Assembly: GCA_964394465.1 (NCBI GenBank)
Contig: CAYMXS010000006.1
Location: forward strand, 5,836-69,835
Direction of reading: 5' to 3'
Source: an uncultured Thermoplasmata archaeon
GTDB taxonomy: Archaea > Thermoplasmatota > Thermoplasmata > Halarchaeoplasmatales > Halarchaeoplasmataceae
Length of the DNA stretch: 64,000 nucleotides
Shown here: piece after piece, positions 49,401 through 57,302 of the stretch
Position numbering within the stretch: the stretch's first letter is position 1
Layout: the number at the start of each line of letters is the position of its first letter
Position numbers and translations under genes: made by a program
The notes under the pieces: model-generated
What the model was told of the DNA's origin: nothing
Databases searched by the model: none
Seen by the model: the letters and a program-made list of their open reading frames with translations, nothing else

Positions 49401-49590
49401 CCTGACTATACTCTGATAAAGACCAGGATTCATATGAGCCATTGAATCCTCCATTCTCCACAAGCTCATACCTGACTGTATCCGCCTGTACCTCCTCTGT
49501 ACAGTTTATGCTAACGAGAGCGAAGAGTAACAGAACGGTCAATAGTATGGCTATCTTTCTTTTCATCGTCCTCAACAGTTTTATTTTCAC
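43414..49590 (-). CDS. giant (2058 aa) surface protein: signal peptide, N-terminal jelly-roll-like domain, ~15 tandem ~95-aa Ig-like repeats plus 2 cadherin-like modules, single TM, cytoplasmic Roadblock/LC7-like domain
   Basis: Repeat consensus P.I.NV...P..Q..GG.VNITA.VTDN..V..VWVNIT.P.G..QN.SM......WYYNSTY...GTY.Y.IWANDTS.NWN.S....F.I.D occurs 15 times. Cadherin-like segments carry NDAP. TM YLWLLFLIIIGSTGAAAYVYTQYL. The tail (IFLIGNDAMLIAHETR ... DVMAGMLTAIQNFIKDSF ... WSIDKLEFQDNKIVIKRGEYVYIAVKY) resembles MglB/Roadblock. Confidence 0.85.
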   Translation of the reverse strand: MKIKLLRTMKRKIAILLTVLLLFALVSINCTEEVQADTVRYELVENGGFNGSYESWSLSEYSQGSPDENGNRYDSTHTNTSDGSGCIETYVEVSLESDATQMGNWTQSIGDIKKEVIVNGAFNCTINDITEYDAENITATARVSVNDTTIGWKQIYSKSTYWDDLGEGSTGWNNFHPLNKDYTPVGKVNKVSVELYVDVITSGSQQVNCSLRADDISVKTNDTAKPEIQDTTTRTPTTGGSFNVTANVTDNAEVDTVWLRYKLESSGGYGKWFNQSMKPSTNYWLNISVWNNATGIYYSIEANDTSNNWNSSSSNWYDVEDTIAPTIYNVTGPSTQETGGYVNISADVEDNHEVGKAWVNITHPNGTSQNESMSLGGSGLWYYNSTYTSTGTYDYIIWANDTSDNWAKTSIHNFKIEDTTAPKVSNVSALPDPQGIGGWVNITAQVNDIHEVKKVSVNITYPDSSHQNVSMNRSTDDLWYYNSTYTSLGTCNYTVWANDTSDNWNSSSQKNFTIKAPPTANDDQNITDEDTAVLCDVLANDTASEGSLDPSTVTVTSGPAHGSTSVNGTTGEIRYMPDTNYSGLDSFNYTVDDTDGITSNIATVNITVNEVNDAPLAKDDSDSCAAGGDVWTNVTINDVDDNDDLNYTSITIITPPSDGSIATTNHTTGEIQYKPNTNYSCTDNYTYKIEDGAGKADTANVTITIYDDAPPEITDVDAKPDPQETDRYVNITANVTDNAHVNEVYVNITYPNSTFENVSMDPGIGDEWYHESNYTLLGNYTYRILAQDDSNNWNISDVHYFEIVDLSPPQISDVMASPDYIQAGGHVNITANVSDNYNLGKVCVNISYPSGGYVNNSMVQGQGGQWYYNSTYHSVGIHYYVIAANDTSNNWDTTATGAHTFEIVDPIDPKISNVSADPNQQKTGGPVNITADITDNAQVDEVWLNITHPNSMYQNVSMDPGTGDKWYFESNYTVLGTYHYVIYANDTAGNLNHSREETFLIEDTLEPEIDNISASPDPQEPGRYVNITADITDNHQLDEVWVNITGPNGTYQNVSMNSGLEDGWYHNSTYYVPGSYEYRIWANDTSNNRNRSTGQTFEINDTISPKISDVKAVPNVQVIGEYVNITANITDNHKLKKVKVDIYYPGGNHQNVSMDKGPGDRWYYNETYTELGTYDYTIWANDTSKNWNTSSGHDFTIMETDPPDINNVEVTPQEQNVGRTVNITAKVTDTSELKKVWVNITYPDGEHIIKNMTKSQYNMWYYNSTYSELGKYDFTVLANDTWGNQASSSGHNFLVVDSTAPEINEVMVSPDPQETEGYVNISANITDDHEVGEVWVNITKPDGTHQNRSMVSNMVSLWFYNSTYTVPGTYEYTIWANDTSGNVNTTEVRSFDIVDIEAPVISDVVNSPETQGLNGYVNISASVTDNHRVGEVWINITDPDGDHYNLTMAPSQENSWYYNSTYTELGEYSYAIWADDTVNNWNSSSGHTFVIEDSIEPEISNVSALPNKQGKGGHINITADITDNDQLEAVWINIVFPGGDEQNSSMEPGPYDGWYYNSHYDELGVHDYTICAKDTGDNWNATIVHSFEIEDIEAPEISDVVSTPGTQEPGDHVNITAAVTDDDHVSHVLVNITGPDGHIQNKSMESGSGDIWYYNSTYNTSGIHGFTIVAKDPSNNWNSSTARSFEIEEKTPPNIQSVVAFPEPQDTGGHVNITAEVTHEGEISGIWLVIDLPGGDRRNISMNSTPGELWYYNSTYSKTGMYGYEILARDASSNWNTSGGHYFRIEDTIRPGISNMFVSPDPQETGDHVNITAEVRDNHEIEDVWINLIYPDGTHRNESMKSLTEERWYYNSTYSHPGTYSYTICVKDSSDNWNSSGEQTFGVDESKGSASSSSQDGYLWLLFLIIIGSTGAAAYVYTQYLGEEEEEAIIDEIFLIGNDAMLIAHETRRLRPDMDEDVMAGMLTAIQNFIKDSFKDEDDWSIDKLEFQDNKIVIKRGEYVYIAVKYSGELTDEEIGSIQETIEDIEDEYEEELEDWDGDMEKLRGAREKLKQIFQEED

Positions 49591-49719
49591 TCGCCGTATT
49601 CAACTGAATATTTTTAATACTTTTGATTGGCTTTAAGTAACTTGATGAGAACCTCCGGTTGATTTACCATCGCAACCGTTTAGTATCAAAAGGTCAGATG
49701 GCCGTTCTACGAGTCAACG

Positions 49720-52329
49720 ATGACCATACAATTCGTAGACGAAGAAGAAGCTATTGAAGACCTGCCAGAAGAGTACGAGCCCTACGTCAAGGAGTGGTTC
49801 CACGATACCTTCGAGGAGCTGACGCCTCCTCAAAGATACTCCTTCGAGCTGATACATGAAAATCGTAACTCACTCATCTCGTCTCCGACGGGTTCTGGTA
49901 AAACGATGTCCGCTTTCCTTTCCATACTGAACGAGCTGTTCCTCCTTGGAGATAAAGGTGAACTGGAGGATGAGATCTACGTGGTCTATGTCTCTCCTTT
50001 AAGAGCGTTGGGCAACGACATACAGAGGAACCTGAAGGAACCCCTGGAGGGCATAAAGGAGGAAGCCGAAGATATGGACGTCGAAGTACCCGAGGTGAGG
50101 AGCGCCGTCAGGACCGGAGATACTCCCTCGAACGAAAGGCAGAAGATGCTGGATGAGCCCCCTCACATCTTGGTTACCACACCGGAAACGCTTGGTATAA
50201 TACTGAACGCCCCCAAGTTCAAGGAGAAGCTCAGGAGTACGAAGTACGTCATAGTGGACGAGATACACTCCCTGTGTGACAGCAAGAGAGGGACTCACCT
50301 TTCACTGTCTTTAGAAAGGCTGCAGGACCTGTGCGATGAAGAGTTCACAAGGATCGGTCTTTCAGCCACTCAAGCCCCCATAGAGGACATAGCGGAGTTC
50401 CTGGTCGGGTATGAAGACGGAGAGACGAGAAGATGTAATATCGTGGACGTTTCGGGAGCCAAGGAGATGGACCTCTCGGTCATCACTCCAGTTGAGGACC
50501 TGATACACACCTCTGGCGGAGTTATAAACAAGAAGATGTACGACAAAATACACCAGATGGTGAAGGAACATGTAACGACCCTGATCTTCACGAACACGAG
50601 GTCCGCAACGGAAAGGGTGGTCAACAACCTGAAGGGGAAGGACCCCGAGCTTTACAGGAACAACATAGGGGCACATCATTCATCGATGAGCAGAAAGAAA
50701 AGGTTAGAGGTCGAAGAATCGCTCAAGAACGGGGAACTGAAGGTCGTCGTGACTTCTACCTCTCTGGAGCTGGGGATTGACATAGGTTACATCGATCTTG
50801 TACTTCAATTATCGTCTCCTAAGGGCGTTTCTAGAGCGATCCAGAGGATAGGCCGTTCCGGTCACAAGCTGCACGAGATGGCCAAGGGAAGAGTCCTGGT
50901 CATGGAGAGAGGCGACGCCTTGGAATGCACCGAGATGATGAGGTGCGCAAAGAACAACGAACTGGATAGGGTGCGCATACCTGAAAACTGCCTGGATGTC
51001 CTGGCGCAGCACATAGTCGGGATGGGATGCAGGAAGAGATGGAACGTTGAAAAGGCCTTTGAAACGATAAAAAGGAGCTACAATTTTAGAGAACTAGATA
51101 GGAAGGACTACGAGAAGACCTTGAAGTACGTGGCGGGGGACTACGCCTCTCTGGAGGATCAAAAAGTCTATGGGAAGATATGGATAGACGAGGACGAGAA
51201 CGGTGAGAGGGTCTTCGGTCAGAGGGGGAAGATGACCAGAGTGATATACATGACGAATATAGGTACCATACCGGACGAGAGCGCCTTCAGAGTCCATACA
51301 AGAGACGGCGCTTTCGTGGGCACTCTGGACGAGGAGTTCATGGACCGCCTTACAAAGGGAGATATATTCGTCCACGGCGGCGATACCTACGAGTTCAAGT
51401 ACGCCAAGGGGATGAAAGTATATGTTGATCCAAGGCCCAAAAGGTCGCCGACCGTACCTTCCTGGTACTCCGAGATGCTGCCGCTCTCATTCGACCTGGG
51501 CAGGAAGATAGGCAGGTTCAATTCTAAGGTTGTCAAAAAGATAAAGGAGGGTGAAGACCCGGAGGAGTGGATAGAAGAGAACTATTTCGTGGACGATAAC
51601 ACCGTATCCTCTATCATCTCGTATATAGACGAACAGCATAGGTTCGCGGGCGAGGTACCAACTGACTCGAAACTGCTGGTAGAGAAGAACTGGGAGGAGG
51701 ACAAACTGAACATCATATTCCATACCATCTACGGCAGGAGGGTCAACGACGCTCTGTGCAGGATACTGGCGCACACTTTATCCAAGATGATGGACGAGAA
51801 CGTCGGCATGGTGGTGGACGACCACGGGTTCGTTCTTGCGGCCCCTAAAAAAGACGTGGATATAGACAAACTGATGGAAAGGCTTTTGAAGTCAGACCTC
51901 AGAGACGTCCTGAAGAAAGCGGTGAGAAAGACCGAGTTGATGAAGAGAAGGTTCAGGCACGTGGCCTCTCGCGCTTTGATGATCCTCAGGAACTACAAGG
52001 GAAACAAGAAGAGCGTGGGGCGGCAGCAGATGAAATCTCATTTCCTTCTGTCAGCCTGTGAAAAGATAGACAAGGATTTTCCCATAGTGAAGGAGACGTA
52101 CCGTGAGATAATCGAAGATTATATGGACATAGAGCACGCTTCCGAGATAGTGAGAGGCTTGGAGAGGGGAGACATAAGTTATAAAGTGGTTGACACCGAG
52201 GTGCCTTCACCCTTCGCTCACAACCTGGTGATCCAGAGTCAGAGCGACGTGATGAAACTCGAGGATAAAAAGAAGAGGTTGAGAAAGCTCCACGACAAGG
52301 TCATGGAGAGCATCGACGAGGGAGACTGA
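49720..52329 (+). CDS. lhr: Lhr-core superfamily-2 DNA helicase
   Basis: Motif I SSPTGSGKT, motif II DEIH, motif VI QRIGRSGH. 869 aa with winged-helix and Lhr-core C-terminal domains. Confidence 0.85.
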   Translation: MTIQFVDEEEAIEDLPEEYEPYVKEWFHDTFEELTPPQRYSFELIHENRNSLISSPTGSGKTMSAFLSILNELFLLGDKGELEDEIYVVYVSPLRALGNDIQRNLKEPLEGIKEEAEDMDVEVPEVRSAVRTGDTPSNERQKMLDEPPHILVTTPETLGIILNAPKFKEKLRSTKYVIVDEIHSLCDSKRGTHLSLSLERLQDLCDEEFTRIGLSATQAPIEDIAEFLVGYEDGETRRCNIVDVSGAKEMDLSVITPVEDLIHTSGGVINKKMYDKIHQMVKEHVTTLIFTNTRSATERVVNNLKGKDPELYRNNIGAHHSSMSRKKRLEVEESLKNGELKVVVTSTSLELGIDIGYIDLVLQLSSPKGVSRAIQRIGRSGHKLHEMAKGRVLVMERGDALECTEMMRCAKNNELDRVRIPENCLDVLAQHIVGMGCRKRWNVEKAFETIKRSYNFRELDRKDYEKTLKYVAGDYASLEDQKVYGKIWIDEDENGERVFGQRGKMTRVIYMTNIGTIPDESAFRVHTRDGAFVGTLDEEFMDRLTKGDIFVHGGDTYEFKYAKGMKVYVDPRPKRSPTVPSWYSEMLPLSFDLGRKIGRFNSKVVKKIKEGEDPEEWIEENYFVDDNTVSSIISYIDEQHRFAGEVPTDSKLLVEKNWEEDKLNIIFHTIYGRRVNDALCRILAHTLSKMMDENVGMVVDDHGFVLAAPKKDVDIDKLMERLLKSDLRDVLKKAVRKTELMKRRFRHVASRALMILRNYKGNKKSVGRQQMKSHFLLSACEKIDKDFPIVKETYREIIEDYMDIEHASEIVRGLERGDISYKVVDTEVPSPFAHNLVIQSQSDVMKLEDKKKRLRKLHDKVMESIDEGD

Positions 52330-53081
52330 TGAAGTTATACGATAGGTTCGAGATCATAGAGAACTATCCCGCCCTTTACATGAAAGAGAAAAACATGCTG
52401 GTCATAGCCGATCTTCACCTGGGTCTGGAATCCCTGATGGCGGACTCCGGCATGCTCATGCCCAAGGTCCAGCTCTCTCAGCTTAAAGAGGATCTGAATT
52501 CTATAGCCGGAGAAAGAGATATAGAGAAGCTGGTGGTCTGCGGAGATATAAAGCACGAGTTTTCCGAAGCGTCGTACGGGGAAAAGAAGGAAGTCAGAGA
52601 ACTGATCCGCTTTCTGGAGGAGTTCGTTAGAGAAATATACCTGGTCAAGGGCAACCATGACAATTTTCTCATCTACGCGGTGGAGGAGTACGAACACGTC
52701 CAGTTAAAAGACTGCTTCGTCTTCGACGATGTATGCTTTGCACACGGCCACGAGATACTGGACAGGATGAACGGCCTGGACATAGAATACCTGGTGATCG
52801 GTCATGAACATCCTGCCTTGACTCTGAGGGACGATGTGGGAGTTAGGGAGAAACTGCAGTGTTTCCTGTACGGCGAGATGAAGAACGACGCCAAGCTGGT
52901 GGTCTTACCGGCATTTTCCGAACTGGCGGAGGGTTCACAGGTGAACCAGATAGAAGAAGAGGACCTGCTCTCCCCTGTACTCAAAGAGATGATAGATATA
53001 GAAGAGATGAAAGCCGTGGGTATAGACAGGGAAGCCGGCCTGTTCGAATTTCCAAGGCTTGAAGAGATCAAGCACGTTTGA
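52329..53081 (+). CDS. calcineurin-like metallophosphoesterase (MPE), partner of Lhr
   Basis: Motifs ADLHLG, GDIKH, GNHDN, GHEH. 1-nt overlap with the lhr stop (ctgATGaag). Confidence 0.8.
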   Translation: MKLYDRFEIIENYPALYMKEKNMLVIADLHLGLESLMADSGMLMPKVQLSQLKEDLNSIAGERDIEKLVVCGDIKHEFSEASYGEKKEVRELIRFLEEFVREIYLVKGNHDNFLIYAVEEYEHVQLKDCFVFDDVCFAHGHEILDRMNGLDIEYLVIGHEHPALTLRDDVGVREKLQCFLYGEMKNDAKLVVLPAFSELAEGSQVNQIEEEDLLSPVLKEMIDIEEMKAVGIDREAGLFEFPRLEEIKHV

Positions 53082-53153
53082 AGTTATTTAGAAAGCGAAA
53101 TATTTTTGTAACTTCTATACAATAAATGTATGTTTAGAGGTGGAGTTGGCTAG

Positions 53154-56100
53154 ATGACGGTGAGTCAAAAAGTGATGGCTATCGGACTAGCGGCTGTTTT
53201 CCTTATCGGTTCACTGTCAGGAGCAGGTAAGTATCTTAGAACGCAAGAAGCAGAATGTGTGGATAAGGTCGATATAGATGTCACAACCAGCAGAGATACA
53301 GCCATCCAGAAAGTAGCGGATGGGGAGAAGGATATACTCCTCCAGAGTTTAGGGATGAAAAATTATGCTGATGTATCCGACGATCTCAAAGACAAATTGG
53401 GGTTATGGACTGGTAGTGGAGAATATTATAACTTGCTACTCAACCCAGCGCACGAACCAGATGCATCTACGCCGGACGGTGAAAGCTGGAAATACGTCTG
53501 TCAGGACGATGAAGACGGCAATAAAATGTTCAATCCCTTCGCAGTTAAAAAATTCCGTTACGCCATGAACTTTCTGGTAAACAGGAAGAAAATAGGTAGT
53601 GATATTTTTGAAGGCTATGCGGAACCACGTTATTTTCCTGTAAAAACCGGAACTGGACCTTATGAAGACTATTTCGAAGCGATAAAAGAGGAACACGGGA
53701 TAACCAGCACGGGTAACCTCCAAAAAGCGAAAGAAATGATCTATAACGTCTTGGAAAAAGCGAATGATGACATGGTTGAAGGAGATATAAGGTCTCCAAA
53801 AGACCATCACGGGGACTACTGGCAGTACAAGCCTCCGGGGAAGGCATGGAAAAATATGACAGTTCAAGGAGTCTTTGGGAATGATTTCACAGAAAAAAAG
53901 ATGGAACAATACGTTGAAAATCTGTTAGAAGATGAAATAGGAATAAAGGTGATACCCAATCCGTTTGACACAACGATGGGACCTCCTAATGTATACTCCG
54001 GAGAATATGACGATCCCCTTGATGATTATGGGTGGAGCTATTATATAGAGGGATGGCATCCCTATGGAAATACCTACTATCCAGGTGGTAGGGCTGTCGA
54101 GAGATACTGCCCTTCTCCATCCTATGGAGCCATGCCTAATCTTGTAGAAGGAGAAACACATTACCAATATGAGAACGAAACGTTGGTCAGGCTGGGAAAG
54201 TCCCTCTATAACGGCAAGATAAACACAGTCGACGAGTACTGGAACAAGCTAACCAGACTCGTGGAAGCTGGGTTGGACGAGTCGATCAGAGTCTTCCTTA
54301 GTACTGAGAAGGAATATTATGTGTACAACGATGACAAAGTAATGGGTGCGGCAACGGACGTAGTTACTGGCTGGTCTGACGTGTTCGGGCCGAGAACGAT
54401 CCGGACAAACGATGGAAACCTATCGGCAACGGTCTTTGATATCGATCTTTCCGAGTACCGTTGGAACTATATTGGTGGTTCTGAAGAGGGATTCAGTGAC
54501 CGTATCCGAAAGATGGTTCGTGGAGTCGCTGGAGCTACTCATCCTCAAACAGGAAAACCAATGGGAGTACGAGAAAGTTGGACCGTAACAAAGGATTACA
54601 CATGGGAAGAGGACGGAAATCTGACAAAGAAAATAGAGGTCCCATCTAGCGCCGTGGTCTATAAAGCGAACCAAACTGATAAACGATGGGAGCAAGTCGG
54701 CACAGGTAAGAAATCCGCGGTGAAAGTCACTTATGACGTGGATCTGGGCAGATGGCACGACGGCCATGAGATGACCGTTCGGGATATCATGGCTTATTAC
54801 GCTTTCAGTAAGGACATGTGCTACGACCTCGGCGAAGAAGGGGATTATTATAACCAGCTATATGCTTGGCAACGAAAGGCATTCTACGATGATATCGTCG
54901 CTACCAGATGGAACCAGGAAGAAAATACATTTACGATCTGGGGAGACTATACCTTCCCGGCAAAAAGTAAGATAGGTGAGTATTTCACCGTATGGCCCAT
55001 CCAACCGTATCAAATATACGAGGCGACAGAGCAGCTGGTCATAGAGAGCGACCTTGTACCCGAGGGAAGCGAGCCCTATGCTTGGGATAATTATGGCGAA
55101 GGTAACTTGGTCCACTACCTGAGCGAGTCGCAGGGGTCGGACATAAAAACCGTCCTCCAGAACATGAAATCGGCGGATTGGATGCCTCCGTACTTGAAAA
55201 AGGAGAACAATGCACCGATCAATATCTCCCAGGCAGAATTCGAGAGTCAAATAGACGATATAATCGGGTTCTATGATGAATACCACCATCTCTACGATTC
55301 GAACGGTCCATTCAAGATCACCGATTACAACTCGACTACGCACGAGATGAGCATGAAAAGAGCCAGTGGATATCCATATCCTATGGATCACTGGGAGGAG
55401 AAGTTGTCCATAGAGAAGTTCACTTTCTCTACAGATATACAGACATCCGATGAGATAGTAAGAGGAGATGATCTAACAGTCGAGGTCGGGGCTTTGATAG
55501 ATGCCGACTATCCAATAGACGAGGATAGAGACTTGCCCCCGGGTACTGAAGCAAACATCACCCTGAGCAACATGGTGACGAGTGAGAAGGCGAAAAGAGT
55601 GACCGAGCCAACGATAGGAAACCGGTCTATCTCTACAGTGATCGAGACGGAAGACATGGTCCCGGGAACGTATCGATTGACTATAGAGGCAAAGACACCT
55701 GGCGGTTGGACCCGAAGTATCGAGAAAACTGTAAAGCTCTTAGAACCAGATAAATTTCTGGTTAAAAGTCTCACCGTCGATGGAGATAATGAACAGACAC
55801 AGGTAAACCAATTCGTCAATACTACGATCAAAACTAGAGTGCTAAATACATATAAGAGTGATCAAACAGCGAAGTTGGAAGTCGACGGTTCTACGATAAA
55901 AGAAAAGACAGTGAAAGCCGGAGAGACCGAGAACTTTTCTGCTACATATCGTTTCACCACCACGGGCGAGCATACCGTAAAGGTAGGTAACAGGTCCGTT
56001 GTCGTATCAGTGGTCAAAGGAGGTCTCGATATCACCGGTCTCCACCTTGAAAACGAGAAGATAGAGAAAGGTAGATCGGTATCCATCTCGGCGAACATCG

Positions 56101-56408
56101 AAAACGGTCGGTCTTCGCCAGTGAAAGTGAAGGTGCTGATAAAGGATGAGACCGGAGAAGTCGTAGACAGCAAGCTCTTTACGGTCGATGCGGGAGATAC
56201 TACCAGTATATCCTGGAGCAGAACTTTCAAAGAGGAAGGCGAATACACGGTCGAGCTAGGTGATCAATCACAGAGTCTAGAAGTCAAAGAGGATATTGAT
56301 AGGGAAGAAGAGCCGGACGAAGATTGGATGCTGATGCTCGGCTTGACCGCGGTGATGGGTGTTATCATCGCCATCGTGTTTTCGTGGGTATATAGAGAAG
56401 AAAGATAG
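53154..56408 (+). CDS. membrane-anchored family-5 solute-binding-protein-like domain fused to CARDB/Ig-like domains
   Basis: N-terminal TM/signal. FRYAMNFLVNRKKIGSDIFEGYAEP matches the Opp/Dpp-type SBP signature region. C-terminal CARDB-like repeats (ITGLHLENEKIEKGRSVSISANIENGRSSPVKVKV). TM plus REER tail. Confidence 0.6.
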   Translation: MTVSQKVMAIGLAAVFLIGSLSGAGKYLRTQEAECVDKVDIDVTTSRDTAIQKVADGEKDILLQSLGMKNYADVSDDLKDKLGLWTGSGEYYNLLLNPAHEPDASTPDGESWKYVCQDDEDGNKMFNPFAVKKFRYAMNFLVNRKKIGSDIFEGYAEPRYFPVKTGTGPYEDYFEAIKEEHGITSTGNLQKAKEMIYNVLEKANDDMVEGDIRSPKDHHGDYWQYKPPGKAWKNMTVQGVFGNDFTEKKMEQYVENLLEDEIGIKVIPNPFDTTMGPPNVYSGEYDDPLDDYGWSYYIEGWHPYGNTYYPGGRAVERYCPSPSYGAMPNLVEGETHYQYENETLVRLGKSLYNGKINTVDEYWNKLTRLVEAGLDESIRVFLSTEKEYYVYNDDKVMGAATDVVTGWSDVFGPRTIRTNDGNLSATVFDIDLSEYRWNYIGGSEEGFSDRIRKMVRGVAGATHPQTGKPMGVRESWTVTKDYTWEEDGNLTKKIEVPSSAVVYKANQTDKRWEQVGTGKKSAVKVTYDVDLGRWHDGHEMTVRDIMAYYAFSKDMCYDLGEEGDYYNQLYAWQRKAFYDDIVATRWNQEENTFTIWGDYTFPAKSKIGEYFTVWPIQPYQIYEATEQLVIESDLVPEGSEPYAWDNYGEGNLVHYLSESQGSDIKTVLQNMKSADWMPPYLKKENNAPINISQAEFESQIDDIIGFYDEYHHLYDSNGPFKITDYNSTTHEMSMKRASGYPYPMDHWEEKLSIEKFTFSTDIQTSDEIVRGDDLTVEVGALIDADYPIDEDRDLPPGTEANITLSNMVTSEKAKRVTEPTIGNRSISTVIETEDMVPGTYRLTIEAKTPGGWTRSIEKTVKLLEPDKFLVKSLTVDGDNEQTQVNQFVNTTIKTRVLNTYKSDQTAKLEVDGSTIKEKTVKAGETENFSATYRFTTTGEHTVKVGNRSVVVSVVKGGLDITGLHLENEKIEKGRSVSISANIENGRSSPVKVKVLIKDETGEVVDSKLFTVDAGDTTSISWSRTFKEEGEYTVELGDQSQSLEVKEDIDREEEPDEDWMLMLGLTAVMGVIIAIVFSWVYREER

Positions 56409-56621
56409 AGGATTTGAGAGGGTTGAAACTATGATGAAAAATTGTCAGCTCTGGTGGTTATCGCACTGCTGGTCTTAAGCGGGTTGATGATAGGCGTAGG
56501 TATATCTTATGGAACTCAAGAAGGAAGATGCCAGGAGAAGAGCGAAGCGAATTCCACGAAAAAGTTGGGAGTGCGCGCTTCTTATTTAAAATATAAATAC
56601 TATTGGTAACAATACATTACC

Positions 56622-57302
56622 ATGGTAACGAAAAATAACCGAGATGAAGGCATGAACATCTCTTTATCCATCCCTATCTCCGAACCAAAACTGTTCCGAC
56701 ACGAGACAACCGATAGGATACTCCACATCCTCTCGGATAATCCCTACACGGAATACACGCTCCGAGGGCTCGCTCGACTCACTGGATTCAGCCATCCAGC
56801 GATAAAAAAAGCGGTGGATGTACTGGAAAAGAACGATCTCGTAAAGGTAGAAGCGGAGGGGAACAGCAAAAATGTTTCTATCAACCGTTCACGGCTGACT
56901 AAGCCCGATGATAGGGTCCTGCAGATACCTCAAAAAGAATTCCATGAACCGGTGAAGAAGGCAGTCGATCGATTGAAAAAAGAGCTGGTCGATATACTAG
57001 GAATCCTCTGCTTCGGCAGCGTAGCTAGAGGTCAGGCCGATCGCCAGAGCGATATCGATCTATGGGTTTTGGTTCGATCCGACAAAGGAACGAACCAGAG
57101 AAAGGCGAATGAAATAGCCAAGGATCTAGGCAAAACAAGGTTCGACGGAGACAGGTACGAATTTCAGATCTTAGTCGAGTCCTCACGCTCCGCAGCGGGC
57201 TACGACGAGAGACTTCAGAAGGTCCTCTCATCCAGCATAACCCTATACGAGACAGAGACACTCCAGCGCTTTAAACAGGAGGTGGATTTCGATGACAGAT
57301 GA
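56622..57302 (+). CDS. winged-helix plus minimal nucleotidyltransferase (MNT) fusion protein
   Basis: wHTH in the first ~90 aa. NTase motif GSVARGQADRQSDIDLWVLV (hG[GS]...DhD). Confidence 0.7.
   Translation: MVTKNNRDEGMNISLSIPISEPKLFRHETTDRILHILSDNPYTEYTLRGLARLTGFSHPAIKKAVDVLEKNDLVKVEAEGNSKNVSINRSRLTKPDDRVLQIPQKEFHEPVKKAVDRLKKELVDILGILCFGSVARGQADRQSDIDLWVLVRSDKGTNQRKANEIAKDLGKTRFDGDRYEFQILVESSRSAAGYDERLQKVLSSSITLYETETLQRFKQEVDFDDR

Noticed and set aside
43426-49636. Dozens of 60-120-aa plus-strand ORFs across the giant gene. Also considered whether the periodic DNA repeats could be a CRISPR array.
   Set aside because: The repeats are ~285-nt protein-coding units that have diverged and lack short identical direct repeats or spacers, so this is not a CRISPR array. 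The plus-strand ORFs are antisense artefacts of the repetitive coding sequence.
56442-56609. Possible 40-55-aa single-TM micro-protein (…LSALVVIALLVLSGLMIGVGISYGTQEGRCQEKSEANSTKKLGVRASYLKYKYYW) in the gap after the SBP-like gene
   Set aside because: Below the ORF-track threshold. It needs a TTG start, or only a 40-aa ATG ORF. No clear SD. It is left unannotated pending expression or conservation evidence.
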